From Candidatus Altimarinota bacterium (GTDB lineage Bacteria; Patescibacteriota; Gracilibacteria; CAIRYL01; GCA-016699755): 24,000 bases of DNA. The translations under genes and the position numbers were made by a program. Positions 16,033 through 23,945 of this stretch are shown one piece after another (position 1 is the stretch's first letter; every line of letters starts with the position of its first letter). The notes under the pieces were generated by a model, which saw only the letters and a program-made list of their open reading frames with translations, was not told the DNA's origin and searched no databases. The stretch is from contig JBGSOV010000010.1 of the NCBI GenBank assembly GCA_041738935.1, forward strand, positions 11,925 through 35,924. Reading direction: 5' to 3'.

Positions 16033-17061
16033 CTATTCTTCCGGCGGTTTTGCTTTTGCAGATTTACTGCGTGTGAGTTTCTTCTTCCATTTAAGCGCTT
16101 TACGCGTGGCAGAGATTTGGAACAGAATCACTTTTGTGACCACTTTTATTTTGCCAAAAAGCGACACGGTATTATTGGGAATGACTTCAATGTGTATCTC
16201 TTTGTGAAAACGCGCATATGATCGAGGTTTGATTTTAATCTTATATTTTTCGACCCAGGCTTTGGTAAATTCGATACCCAAAAACAAGATTTGCGCCGAA
16301 TAATTGATCCACAGCAAAACAACAATCAGCGCTGTCGCTACTCCATATGGTGATCCTTCTGCCTGCCTACCAAGATAAAAGGCAAGGACATACTTCCCGA
16401 CAAAAAAGAGCAATGTCGTCACGGCTCCACCGATAAAAGCGGCTTTCCAAGGTATGATTGCATCCGGGAGATATTTAACAAGGAGCATAAAAAAGACGCA
16501 GATGACAGCCAACGAAATTGCAAAATTGGTCATACTGATGAGTGTTTCTGGGAGCGACAAAAAGTTTGAAATTTGTTCACTAAAGGCATTGAGGGCAATT
16601 GATGCGAAGAGAGAGACAATCAGTAAAAAACCCAAACTCAAAATCAAGCCGAATGAAAAAAGCCGCTTAAGGAGCGTGACAAAAATATTGGTTTTTTTGG
16701 GATTCGCTTCAATATTCCAAATGCGATTAAAGGCGCGTTGCAGAGACATCATCACGCCTGTTGCACCAAGACTCAAAAGCAAAATTCCCACCAAAATGCC
16801 ACTAATACTTTTTTCCAAATCACTAATTGCTACTACCATCGACTGAATCACTGCTGTGCCATCTCGCCCAATCAATCCTTGAATTTCAGCAAAAAGGCGT
16901 TCCTGTCCTTGTCCCTGACTAAAAAAAAATCCCAAAATCGCAATAATAATCAGCAGAAGCGGCGCAAGCGAAAAAACCGCATAATATGCGGTAGTTGCGC
17001 CCATATCAGCGATGCGGTCTTTGCTATAACCAGCAAAAGTCTTTTTGATAAGTGCGAACAT
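16033..17061 (-). CDS. YihY/BrkB-family integral membrane protein
   Basis: The N-terminus FALIKKTFAGYSKDRIADMGATTAYYAVFSLAPLLLIIIAILGFF is typical of the family. Six predicted TM helices follow, then a ~65-aa basic C-terminal tail. ATG 17061 is preferred to 17112. Confidence 0.8.
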   Translation of the reverse strand: MFALIKKTFAGYSKDRIADMGATTAYYAVFSLAPLLLIIIAILGFFFSQGQGQERLFAEIQGLIGRDGTAVIQSMVVAISDLEKSISGILVGILLLSLGATGVMMSLQRAFNRIWNIEANPKKTNIFVTLLKRLFSFGLILSLGFLLIVSLFASIALNAFSEQISNFLSLPETLISMTNFAISLAVICVFFMLLVKYLPDAIIPWKAAFIGGAVTTLLFFVGKYVLAFYLGRQAEGSPYGVATALIVVLLWINYSAQILFLGIEFTKAWVEKYKIKIKPRSYARFHKEIHIEVIPNNTVSLFGKIKVVTKVILFQISATRKALKWKKKLTRSKSAKAKPPEE

Positions 17062-17256
17062 AATTTTATGAAAGGTCGTTGGTAAAATAAAACGGAATTT
17101 TCTCTTGTGCAAGTTATATTTGTTGCACTTGACCTCGCAATTAATACAAAATCTTCTTTTGTGATTCCTTGATATAAAAAAGCAGTTTTTTTCTCAACTT
17201 GATTTTTATTCCGAACAAACGGCAAAATAGAAAAAGCTTTATTTTTTAAAAGTCCT

Positions 17257-17571
17257 ATGAACGGAGACGACCCTTTTGCAGATTTTGATGAAGAACTTAC
17301 CAGCAAGGCAGTAGAGCCTGCTGCACCTGCTCCACGCGCTTTTTCTCCTGATCGTCGGAGTGGCGGCGGACGCTTTGCCGATGAGATTTTTTCGGAAAAA
17401 ATAGTAGCACGGATGCGTACTTTTTTTATTGATGTCAAACAAAGCCCAAATGGCAAGTTTGTCAAGGTTTCAGAAAAATCGCGTGGGGGACAGAAATCGA
17501 CGATTATGCTTGATGCCGAAGACGTACCGGCATTTATCTCTGCCTTACAAAACGCCGAAAAAGTCCTCTAG
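17257..17571 (+). CDS. Bacterial PUR-alpha-like (DUF3276-type) single-repeat nucleic-acid-binding protein
   Basis: The C-terminal ~65 aa (FSEKIVARMRTFFIDVKQSPNGKFVKVSEKSRGGQKSTIMLDAEDVPAFISALQNA) match the PUR repeat pattern (R-x-[FY]-F-x-D-[LV]-K...G-x-F-[LV]-K-[IV]-SE...). They are preceded by a disordered acidic/Pro/Gly N-terminus. Confidence 0.6.
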   Translation: MNGDDPFADFDEELTSKAVEPAAPAPRAFSPDRRSGGGRFADEIFSEKIVARMRTFFIDVKQSPNGKFVKVSEKSRGGQKSTIMLDAEDVPAFISALQNAEKVL

Positions 17572-17606
17572 TTTTTCAGCAATTCTCTCGTTTTTTCATA
17601 AAGCCC

Positions 17607-18269
17607 ATGCACATTGGACTGATTTTGGATGGCAATCGGCGGTGGGCAAAAAAACATAGTTTGCCGACAGCGATGGGACACAAAAAGGGAATTGATATCT
17701 TTCAAAACCTTGTCGAATACGCAGCCGAACTTGAGAGGATAAGTGTTATCAGCGCTTTTGCACTTTCGACCGAAAATTTGCAGCGCGATGCAAAAGAGCT
17801 TGATAATTTATTTCGGCTTTTTTTGAATTTTGAAAAACGCGCTCCGATTCTTGTCAAAAAAGGTGCTCGTATGCGGTTTTTAGGAAATCTTGCTTTGTTA
17901 CCGACAAAATTGCGAGATTCTTTTGCGCGCGTCGCAGACATGACAGCAGCAGGGGAGAAGCTGGTAATCAATATTTGTATTGCCTTTGGCGGACGAGACG
18001 AAATCGTGCGTGCTGCCGAATCCTTACGTCACTCCGAAAAAACTATAACTGAAGAACTTTTTCAGACCCACCTAGATGCAGCACAAACTCCAAACATAGA
18101 TTTAGTAATTCGGACAGGCGGACAAAAACGTATTTCCAACTTTATGATTTGGGAAGCCGCTTATGCCGAACTCTATTTTACTGACCTCTTATGGCCAGAG
18201 TTTTCCGCAGCAGAGCTTGACAAAGCAATCATATTTTTTGATGAGCAGAAGCGTAATTTTGGAAAATAA
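17607..18269 (+). CDS. uppS: Di-trans,poly-cis-undecaprenyl-diphosphate synthase
   Basis: HIGLILDGNRRWAKK, FALSTENLQR, IAFGGRDEIV, and DLVIRTGGQKRISNFMIWEAAYAELYFTDLLWPEF. Confidence 0.9.
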   Translation: MHIGLILDGNRRWAKKHSLPTAMGHKKGIDIFQNLVEYAAELERISVISAFALSTENLQRDAKELDNLFRLFLNFEKRAPILVKKGARMRFLGNLALLPTKLRDSFARVADMTAAGEKLVINICIAFGGRDEIVRAAESLRHSEKTITEELFQTHLDAAQTPNIDLVIRTGGQKRISNFMIWEAAYAELYFTDLLWPEFSAAELDKAIIFFDEQKRNFGK

Positions 18270-18410
18270 GCGGTAGAAATAATTTCACGAGATAAATTTT
18301 TACTCATTTTTGTTAAAGAATTTTTTGCTTTTTTCTCTCTCTGAACAAAAAAAGTCTTGACGTCGAATACAATATTGCGTCACACTTTGTTCAGATTTTT
18401 TATACAAGCA

Positions 18411-18983
18411 ATGCGTTTTTCTTTGGCGGTCGGTGGTGTCGTTTGCTCGTTCGCTCTTTTTTTACCAGTTGATGCGGCATTTACGCCAGCTCCTGGTACT
18501 GATGATCCGCCAGCTTTTCATAGTTGTTTTTACTTGGGAAACATTGTCGATGACTCGCAAAATGCCGATACCGAAGGACTCGAGAATAATCAGGTTACCT
18601 TTCATGATGGGCGAGCAATTCAACTGTATGTAATGGGAAAACTTGCTGATGGACACGCCAAAGACTATATCGAAGCAAACTTGGGAAAAATTTCTGATTT
18701 TGCACGCGCGACTAATGGCATTTCCGAACGCAATGGCGAGCCAGATTGGTATGATGGGCGCGTCGCGTCGCTTACCGGATTACTCTATTGCGCGAGTGAT
18801 GATGCCAATAACGATGGACTGAGCGATACTTTTCCGCGGGCGACTTGTCCGCAAAATTTTGATTCGCTCTATCCCGAAGGGAGTGTCCTCGAGCGCATCA
18901 AACAATATTTGCGCCCTTGCTGCACGGTAAGTGGCTACGGCGAAAATGAAAGCGTCGATTTCTTCCCCTGTGCCTTACAATAA
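18411..18983 (+). CDS. Hypothetical secreted Cys-containing protein (190 aa)
   Basis: Signal peptide MRFSLAVGGVVCSFALFLPVDA. The mature part has 7 Cys, including a CC pair, and no recognisable domain. ATG 18411 is preferred to the TTG at 18357. Confidence 0.5.
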   Translation: MRFSLAVGGVVCSFALFLPVDAAFTPAPGTDDPPAFHSCFYLGNIVDDSQNADTEGLENNQVTFHDGRAIQLYVMGKLADGHAKDYIEANLGKISDFARATNGISERNGEPDWYDGRVASLTGLLYCASDDANNDGLSDTFPRATCPQNFDSLYPEGSVLERIKQYLRPCCTVSGYGENESVDFFPCALQ

Positions 18984-19147
18984 CGGAATCTACACCTGAG
19001 GCGAGTTAGTTATATTTTTTTTGAGTTGCTCTCATCGATTTGAGTTCTTTGCTGTTCTCTGAATAAATTTTCTCGTGCTCCATGAGATGTTGATTCTGCT
19101 GCTTCCTGCCTAAATCTTATTTCTTGGCTTATTGTCTTTCGTCACAA

Positions 19148-19182
19148 CCCCCCTTTATCCACCTTATCAGGGGGAGGGAGGG
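19148..19182 (+). repeat. Fourth copy of the G/C-rich hairpin repeat family
   Basis: CCCCCCC-TTTAT-CCACC-TTATCA-GGGGG-AGGGAGGG has the same orientation and architecture as the 5889-6011 units. It lies between the convergent 18411-18983 (+) gene and the helicase (-). Confidence 0.55.
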
Positions 19183-19199
19183 TAATTGTACTGTTGATG

Positions 19200-21335
19200 T
19201 CACCCAATCTTTTCCAAGGGAGCAACCGACAAAGCCAGCTTTTTGCTTCCGACACTATCAAAAACGATTGTCGCGACGCCGTCATGAACTTCGATAACGC
19301 TTCCATTACCAAAAACGGCGTGGCGGACGCGTTCGCCATTCTCGAGAGAACAGTAATCAGGAATATCGTCATCAATCGCGGAGTACGACCAGTCGTCAAA
19401 TTCACTCGAATTTCCAGATGTTTTTGCATTTGGTCGCGACAGACAACGTGCTGGGATTTCATCCAAAAAGCGGCTTTCGGGATTGCGTTTGACTTCGCCA
19501 AAACCCATGCGGCTATCGGTGCGCAGCAAAATCAGTTTTTCTTTGGCGCGGGTCATGCCGACATACATCAAGCGGCGTTCTTCTTCGATTCCATCTGGGT
19601 CGTACAAACTGCGGGCATGTGGCAAAATTCCTTCTTCGAGTCCTGGCAAAAATACTATCGGAAACTCGAGACCTTTGCTGGTATGAAGCGTCATAAAAGT
19701 AATTCGGTCGAGAGACTCAATCGAATCGGCGTCCGAAATAAGCGCGACTTCTTCCAAAAAATCAGCAAGAATATTTTCTGATTCCTTTGTATCAAAGCGC
19801 TGCGCGACGGATCGCAATTCCAGAATATTTTCAAAACGCATTTCGCCTTCTTCGGTGCCGTCGCGATAAAACGTTTCGAGGTCAAATTCTTCCACCACTT
19901 TGCGAATCAATTCTGCTGGCAAAATATTCACCTTTTCTTGTCGTAGATTATTAATCTTGCGCGCAAAATTGGCAATCGCTTGTTTGGCTGCGGGTGGAAC
20001 GCCGTCGGCAAATTCGACATGATCAAAAACTTCGCCAATGCTGATATTGCGATCAGCAGCATATTGAGTGAGGCGCATAATCGTCGTCGCGCCGATTTTG
20101 CGTGGCGGCAGATTGATAATCCGCATTAGCGAAACATTATCGAGTGGATTGGCAACAACCTTCAGATATGCAAGCACATCACGAATTTCTTTGCGGGCAT
20201 AAAACTTGAGTCCACCAATAATCTGGTACGGCATGGCATGGCGCAAAGCGGCTTCTTCGAGGGCTCGTGATTGGACATTGGTGCGAATCAAAATCGCAAA
20301 ATCGGCATATTTGCGATTTTCCAAATCTTTGATGCCTTCAATCGTTCGGATGATAATTTCGGCTTCTTCGCGTTCGTCGCGACAATCGATAATCTCGACA
20401 AGCTCGCCCTCGCCAGATTCGGTCCACATTTTTTTGGGAACACGACTCAGATTATTGGCGATGACACCATCTGCCGCATCCAAAATATTTTGCGTACTGC
20501 GATAATTTTGCTCGAGCTTGATGACGCGCGCGTCGGTAAAATGTTTTTGAAAATCTAGTAAGTTGGTGATGTCCGCGCCACGAAACGAATAAATCGACTG
20601 ATCCGAATCGCCGATAGCGCACAAATTGCGATGATCAGCAGCAAGAAGTTCTAAAAAGCGAAATTGCACCGCGTTGGTATCCTGAAACTCATCAACCGAG
20701 ACATATTGCCAACGCTTGCGGTATTTTTCTAGAATCGCCGGAAACTTTTCAAAAAGCACGACGGGCAAAACAATCAAGTCATCAAAATCGACCGTGTTTC
20801 CGAGTAACTTCTCAGCCTCGTATTTGCGAAAAATATCCGTCGCAATTGTATCTATTGGTCCATTGGCGCGGGCGGCAAAGGATTCGGGATTCAAAAATTC
20901 ATTTTTCGCGAGCGAAATTTTGGATTGAATTACGCGCGGATGGATTTTTTTGTCATCGATGCCGGCGGCTTTCATTAGTTTCTTAATCATGGCAAGCGCG
21001 TCGTCCGCATCCAAAATCGTAAAAGAGCGCGGACGCCCAAGCGCTTCGGATTCCGTTCGCAAAATCCGTACGCCGATCGAATGGAATGTTCCGATGAGAG
21101 GCTCGTCTGCTTCGCGTTTGATGAGTTTGCGAATACGTTCTTTCATTTCATTCGCGGCCTTGTTCGTAAAAGTCACAGCAAGAATCTGCCATGGTAAAAT
21201 CCCACACTCGATCATGTAGGCGATGCGATGGGTGAGCGCGCGCGTTTTACCACTCCCGGCGCCGGCAATGACGAGTACCGGTCCCGTGAGGCATTCTGCC
21301 GCTTCGCGCTGCCGAGGATTAAGTCCAGAAAGCAA
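19200..21335 (-). CDS. pcrA: ATP-dependent DNA helicase, UvrD/PcrA family
   Basis: LNPRQREAAE...VIAGAGSGKTRALTHRIAYMI (motifs Q/I), AVTFTNKAANEM, VDEFQDTN, NYRST, TLHTSKGLEFPIVFL and YVGMTRAKEKL. The C-terminus is Tudor-like (GERVRHAVFGNGSVIEV). The start is TTG 21335, with an in-frame TGA two codons upstream. Confidence 0.9.
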   Translation of the reverse strand: MLSGLNPRQREAAECLTGPVLVIAGAGSGKTRALTHRIAYMIECGILPWQILAVTFTNKAANEMKERIRKLIKREADEPLIGTFHSIGVRILRTESEALGRPRSFTILDADDALAMIKKLMKAAGIDDKKIHPRVIQSKISLAKNEFLNPESFAARANGPIDTIATDIFRKYEAEKLLGNTVDFDDLIVLPVVLFEKFPAILEKYRKRWQYVSVDEFQDTNAVQFRFLELLAADHRNLCAIGDSDQSIYSFRGADITNLLDFQKHFTDARVIKLEQNYRSTQNILDAADGVIANNLSRVPKKMWTESGEGELVEIIDCRDEREEAEIIIRTIEGIKDLENRKYADFAILIRTNVQSRALEEAALRHAMPYQIIGGLKFYARKEIRDVLAYLKVVANPLDNVSLMRIINLPPRKIGATTIMRLTQYAADRNISIGEVFDHVEFADGVPPAAKQAIANFARKINNLRQEKVNILPAELIRKVVEEFDLETFYRDGTEEGEMRFENILELRSVAQRFDTKESENILADFLEEVALISDADSIESLDRITFMTLHTSKGLEFPIVFLPGLEEGILPHARSLYDPDGIEEERRLMYVGMTRAKEKLILLRTDSRMGFGEVKRNPESRFLDEIPARCLSRPNAKTSGNSSEFDDWSYSAIDDDIPDYCSLENGERVRHAVFGNGSVIEVHDGVATIVFDSVGSKKLALSVAPLEKIG

Positions 21336-21498
21336 AAGTCACAAAAAACACTTCCGCCATTGTGCCGAAATCCTAATGCGAGGGAAAGGGGAATCGCGCG
21401 AGATTTATTGAATAAATATTGTGTACAAAATATCTTTTTCCTATTGAATTTTTTTTGTAAATCCTTCAAAAGAGAATTATCTTTCTTTTTTCTTTTTT

Positions 21499-21756
21499 AT
21501 GAGAGAAACATCTCTTTCGGTCAAGTCCGCTTTGCTCGTGGCCTCTTTGCTACTTGTTGGAGCACTTTTTGCGATTCCGGCACATGCAGCCAGTGATGCC
21601 GATAGCTGCTCGACTCCAACTTCTTTTGGTTTTGCTCGCGCTTTTTCATTTGGTAGTTTCTTCAGTTTTGTGCAAGCAACGACGACTTGCACCACTGCTC
21701 CAAGCGGCAGCAGTAGCTCGTCAAGTTCTTCGACTAGTATTAGTATCACTCAGTAA
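21499..21756 (+). CDS. Small secreted Ser/Thr/Phe-rich peptide (85 aa precursor)
   Basis: Signal peptide with an AHA-AS cleavage-type site (KSALLVASLLLVGALFAIPAHA). The ~56-aa mature part has 2 Cys, an FGFARAFSFGSFFSF patch and a poly-Ser tail. A terminator follows. It is low complexity, so the coding call is only moderate. Confidence 0.45.
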   Translation: MRETSLSVKSALLVASLLLVGALFAIPAHAASDADSCSTPTSFGFARAFSFGSFFSFVQATTTCTTAPSGSSSSSSSSTSISITQ

Positions 21757-21786
21757 TCAAATTGGTAGAATAAATTGTGAAAATAT

Positions 21787-21822
21787 AAAAAAAGGAGTAG
21801 CTCAAGAGAGTGCTCCTTTTTT
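21787..21822. terminator. Bidirectional terminator between convergent genes
   Basis: An A7 run, then GGAGTA-g-CTC-AAGA-GAG-TGCTCC, then T6. Confidence 0.6.
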
Positions 21823-21842
21823 GTTTACGAAGTTTTTTTTGA

Positions 21843-23180
21843 CTATTTCTTTTTGCGGAGGAAACGCAAACTGCTGCCCGCGAGAGCAATACCAGCTGCT
21901 ACCAAAGAGACCGGTCCAGTTGCTGGCAAAGCTGGCAGGCTGACGGCACGGATGATACCGACGCTCTCATTACCAGCGACGTCTTTGGTCGTGATGCGAT
22001 AAGTAATTTCGGTTTCGGGTTGCTCGGCGATTTGCTTTTTGGTAGTGGTTTTTCCAAGCGACTGAGCTGGATCCCATTTTTTTCCACCAGTTGTACTGCG
22101 ATAAAAAAGCTGATCATCGAGATCCTTGGCAGTATCTGGACTAGAATTCCACGTCAAAGTAACCAAATAATCCTTGAGGCGAGCGACATACGACGCCATC
22201 AGATTTGAAATATCCTCTGGTGGAGTCGTGTCTTCTTCCTCTGCATCCCACGGAAATAGCTCGTCCTGAGGAACACCTTCTTCTTTCTCTCCATCAAGGA
22301 GGGCTGCCAGTTCTTGATTAAGGTCGACTTCAGAATCTATGCTGGCTGCAGGATGCTCTTCAACCGTATCTTCCTCAAGTAAGAGTAGCGGTGTCAGATC
22401 AATTGGGTCGCCATCGCTTCCCTCAAAAACGGCATTATCTGTGCTGCCGCTTTCAATCGGATTATCATTTTCATCAACGATTTGCGCGGACACAGTAACA
22501 CGATAGCTTTCTTCGACACTGAGATCTTTGGTCGTCAAAATCACTTCGCTTTGATCTTTGACGCCGGTATCAAGATCGGCAGCATACTCGGCGCCAAGTA
22601 CATCAATAATCGTACTGTCGTCGTTTTCAAGTTCGATTGCAAAGGCGAGTTCGGCATTGCTTGTTGGCAGAGTGATATCTTCTGAAAAAACAACACTGAC
22701 TTGTGAGCGACTAAGCGCTTCTGCCGAAATCACAATTGGTGCTTCATCAGGAGCTTGCTCCATATCACCCAATGGTGTGGCAGAAACTTCGTCACTGGGA
22801 GGAGTTTCGCTATCATCACTAAAGATGGCAATGACCGTAAAAAAGTATTCGGTATCCACCGTCAAATCTTCGATTTTGATACTCGGAATCGTGTCGTCAG
22901 TTTCTTTGGACGAAGCATATTCTTCGGCTGCACCAGCTTCGACCGACTTTGGACCATATTCTACTCGATAGCCGGTGGCTTCTTCGCCGTCTTCATTTTT
23001 TTTGGTGTTCCAGATCAAAAAGACCAAGCCGTTTCCGGCAGTTGCCGATACACCTTCGACCGTGTCAGAGTTTGCTTGTGCAATAATTTCTTCGACATTG
23101 TCTTCAAAAAAAGCCATTCCCGGCGCAATGCCTGCAAGAGCAATAATAATCGCTGTGAGAAAGGGTATTGTTTTTTTCAT
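21843..23180 (-). CDS. Cell-surface protein with fibronectin-type-III-like domains and a C-terminal LPXTG-type sorting signal
   Basis: Signal peptide MKKTIPFLTAIIIALAGIAPGMA. FN3-like segments include LVFLIWNTKKNEDGEEATGYRVEYG...TEYFFTVIAI and LVTLTWNSSPDTAKDLDDQLFYRS...ITYRITTKDVAGNES. The middle is acidic. The C-terminus is LPATG, a hydrophobic stretch (PVSLVAAGIALAGSS) and then LRFLRKKK. Confidence 0.75.
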   Translation of the reverse strand: MKKTIPFLTAIIIALAGIAPGMAFFEDNVEEIIAQANSDTVEGVSATAGNGLVFLIWNTKKNEDGEEATGYRVEYGPKSVEAGAAEEYASSKETDDTIPSIKIEDLTVDTEYFFTVIAIFSDDSETPPSDEVSATPLGDMEQAPDEAPIVISAEALSRSQVSVVFSEDITLPTSNAELAFAIELENDDSTIIDVLGAEYAADLDTGVKDQSEVILTTKDLSVEESYRVTVSAQIVDENDNPIESGSTDNAVFEGSDGDPIDLTPLLLLEEDTVEEHPAASIDSEVDLNQELAALLDGEKEEGVPQDELFPWDAEEEDTTPPEDISNLMASYVARLKDYLVTLTWNSSPDTAKDLDDQLFYRSTTGGKKWDPAQSLGKTTTKKQIAEQPETEITYRITTKDVAGNESVGIIRAVSLPALPATGPVSLVAAGIALAGSSLRFLRKKK

Positions 23181-23358
23181 AATGTTTGTAAGAACAATGT
23201 TTTGGGTGTGCAGGGATTATTCCCATTAGAGTATTATATAACAAAATAAATTTAAAAGCAATACTTTCACCACATTTTCTCAATTACGCAAGGCGCTAAA
23301 GATGAACATGCAAAAAATCCTTGTGGATGTTCTTGCGCGCACTTATTTTGCCAATTTC

Positions 23359-23383
23359 AAAAAAGGAGAAGTGAAACTTCTCC
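23359..23383 (-). terminator. Rho-independent terminator of the pilin-like gene
   Basis: On the minus strand, GGAGAAGT-TTC-ACTTCTCC forms an 8-bp perfect stem followed by T6. It begins 38 nt after the stop at 23421. Confidence 0.7.
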
Positions 23384-23420
23384 CCCATTTTGTTCTTCTT
23401 AAATTTTTTTGTATTACGCT

Positions 23421-23945
23421 TTACATGCGTGTTCCTACCGCATTTTGCACGAGGGTGACGACAGTAAGGGCAAAAAGCGCAATAATCAGTCCAAAGATTG
23501 ACCATTTCATGATTGCTTTGGCATGATCGATTTTTTCTTCATCGCCAGCGGCGAGAGCAAAACTAATCGCGCCCCAGATCAAAAAGCAAACAGCGAGTCC
23601 AGAAGCAATTTCGGTCAAAAAGGTGGCGCCCATCGCAATTGCGTCTGGGAGTGAATAATTTGTGGGATCAGGAAGTGCAACGGGGGGTTTAATACCTCCA
23701 AGATTGTCATGTGTTTGCGCTCCAAATTCTGCGGGAACTTCGTTGGGATAATTGCTTGGTGCTGCTTCAACGGTTGGGAACGGAGTCGGCGTCATTGAGC
23801 CTCCCGGAATTGGAGGCGTACCACTCGGAACGATGGGATTACTGCTCGGACTCGCGCCTCCCGGAATCGGCGGCGTATTATTAGGAACATATGGGGCGTT
23901 CCCAATAGCGAGTGCTTTGGAAACGAAAGAATCAGTTATTGCCAT
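23421..23945 (-). CDS. VirB2/TrbC-like (T4SS-pilin-type) two-TM membrane protein with a Pro-rich N-terminal extension
   Basis: The C-terminal ~70 aa form TM1 (ATFLTEIASGLAVCFLIWGAISFALA), the loop AGDEEKIDHAKAIMKW and TM2 (SIFGLIIALFALTVVTLV). This is the pattern I associate with small T4SS pilins (G-G/D-D/P-E-K...AK...I...IGL). The N-terminal ~100 aa are Pro-rich, with TPPIPGG occurring twice. Confidence 0.5.
   Translation of the reverse strand: MAITDSFVSKALAIGNAPYVPNNTPPIPGGASPSSNPIVPSGTPPIPGGSMTPTPFPTVEAAPSNYPNEVPAEFGAQTHDNLGGIKPPVALPDPTNYSLPDAIAMGATFLTEIASGLAVCFLIWGAISFALAAGDEEKIDHAKAIMKWSIFGLIIALFALTVVTLVQNAVGTRM

Noticed and set aside
16454-17465. ORFs 16454-16846 (+), 16738-17085 (+) and 16950-17465 (-)
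   Set aside because: The first two are antisense to the YihY-family gene. The third spans the divergent promoter region and runs antisense into the PUR-like gene.
19194-19781. 195-aa plus-strand ORF, and other plus-strand ORFs at 20206-21219
   Set aside because: They are antisense to the strongly conserved UvrD/PcrA gene.
21330-21345. In-frame TGA just upstream of the helicase TTG start as a sign of an alternative code (TGA = sense)
   Set aside because: TGA terminates the GIY-YIG and CPBP genes at sensible lengths. All conserved genes are intact under the standard code. No in-frame ATG lies further upstream.
21499-21756. Small Ser/Thr/Cys-rich peptide as a lanthipeptide or bacteriocin precursor
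   Set aside because: It has a Sec-type signal peptide rather than a leader peptide. No modification, transport or immunity genes are adjacent. It is kept only as a generic secreted-peptide candidate.
22482-23249. Plus-strand ORFs 22482-22685, 22558-22971, 22755-23249 and 22975-23229
   Set aside because: They are antisense shadows of the FN3/LPATG gene, whose signal peptide, domains and sorting signal identify the true frame.
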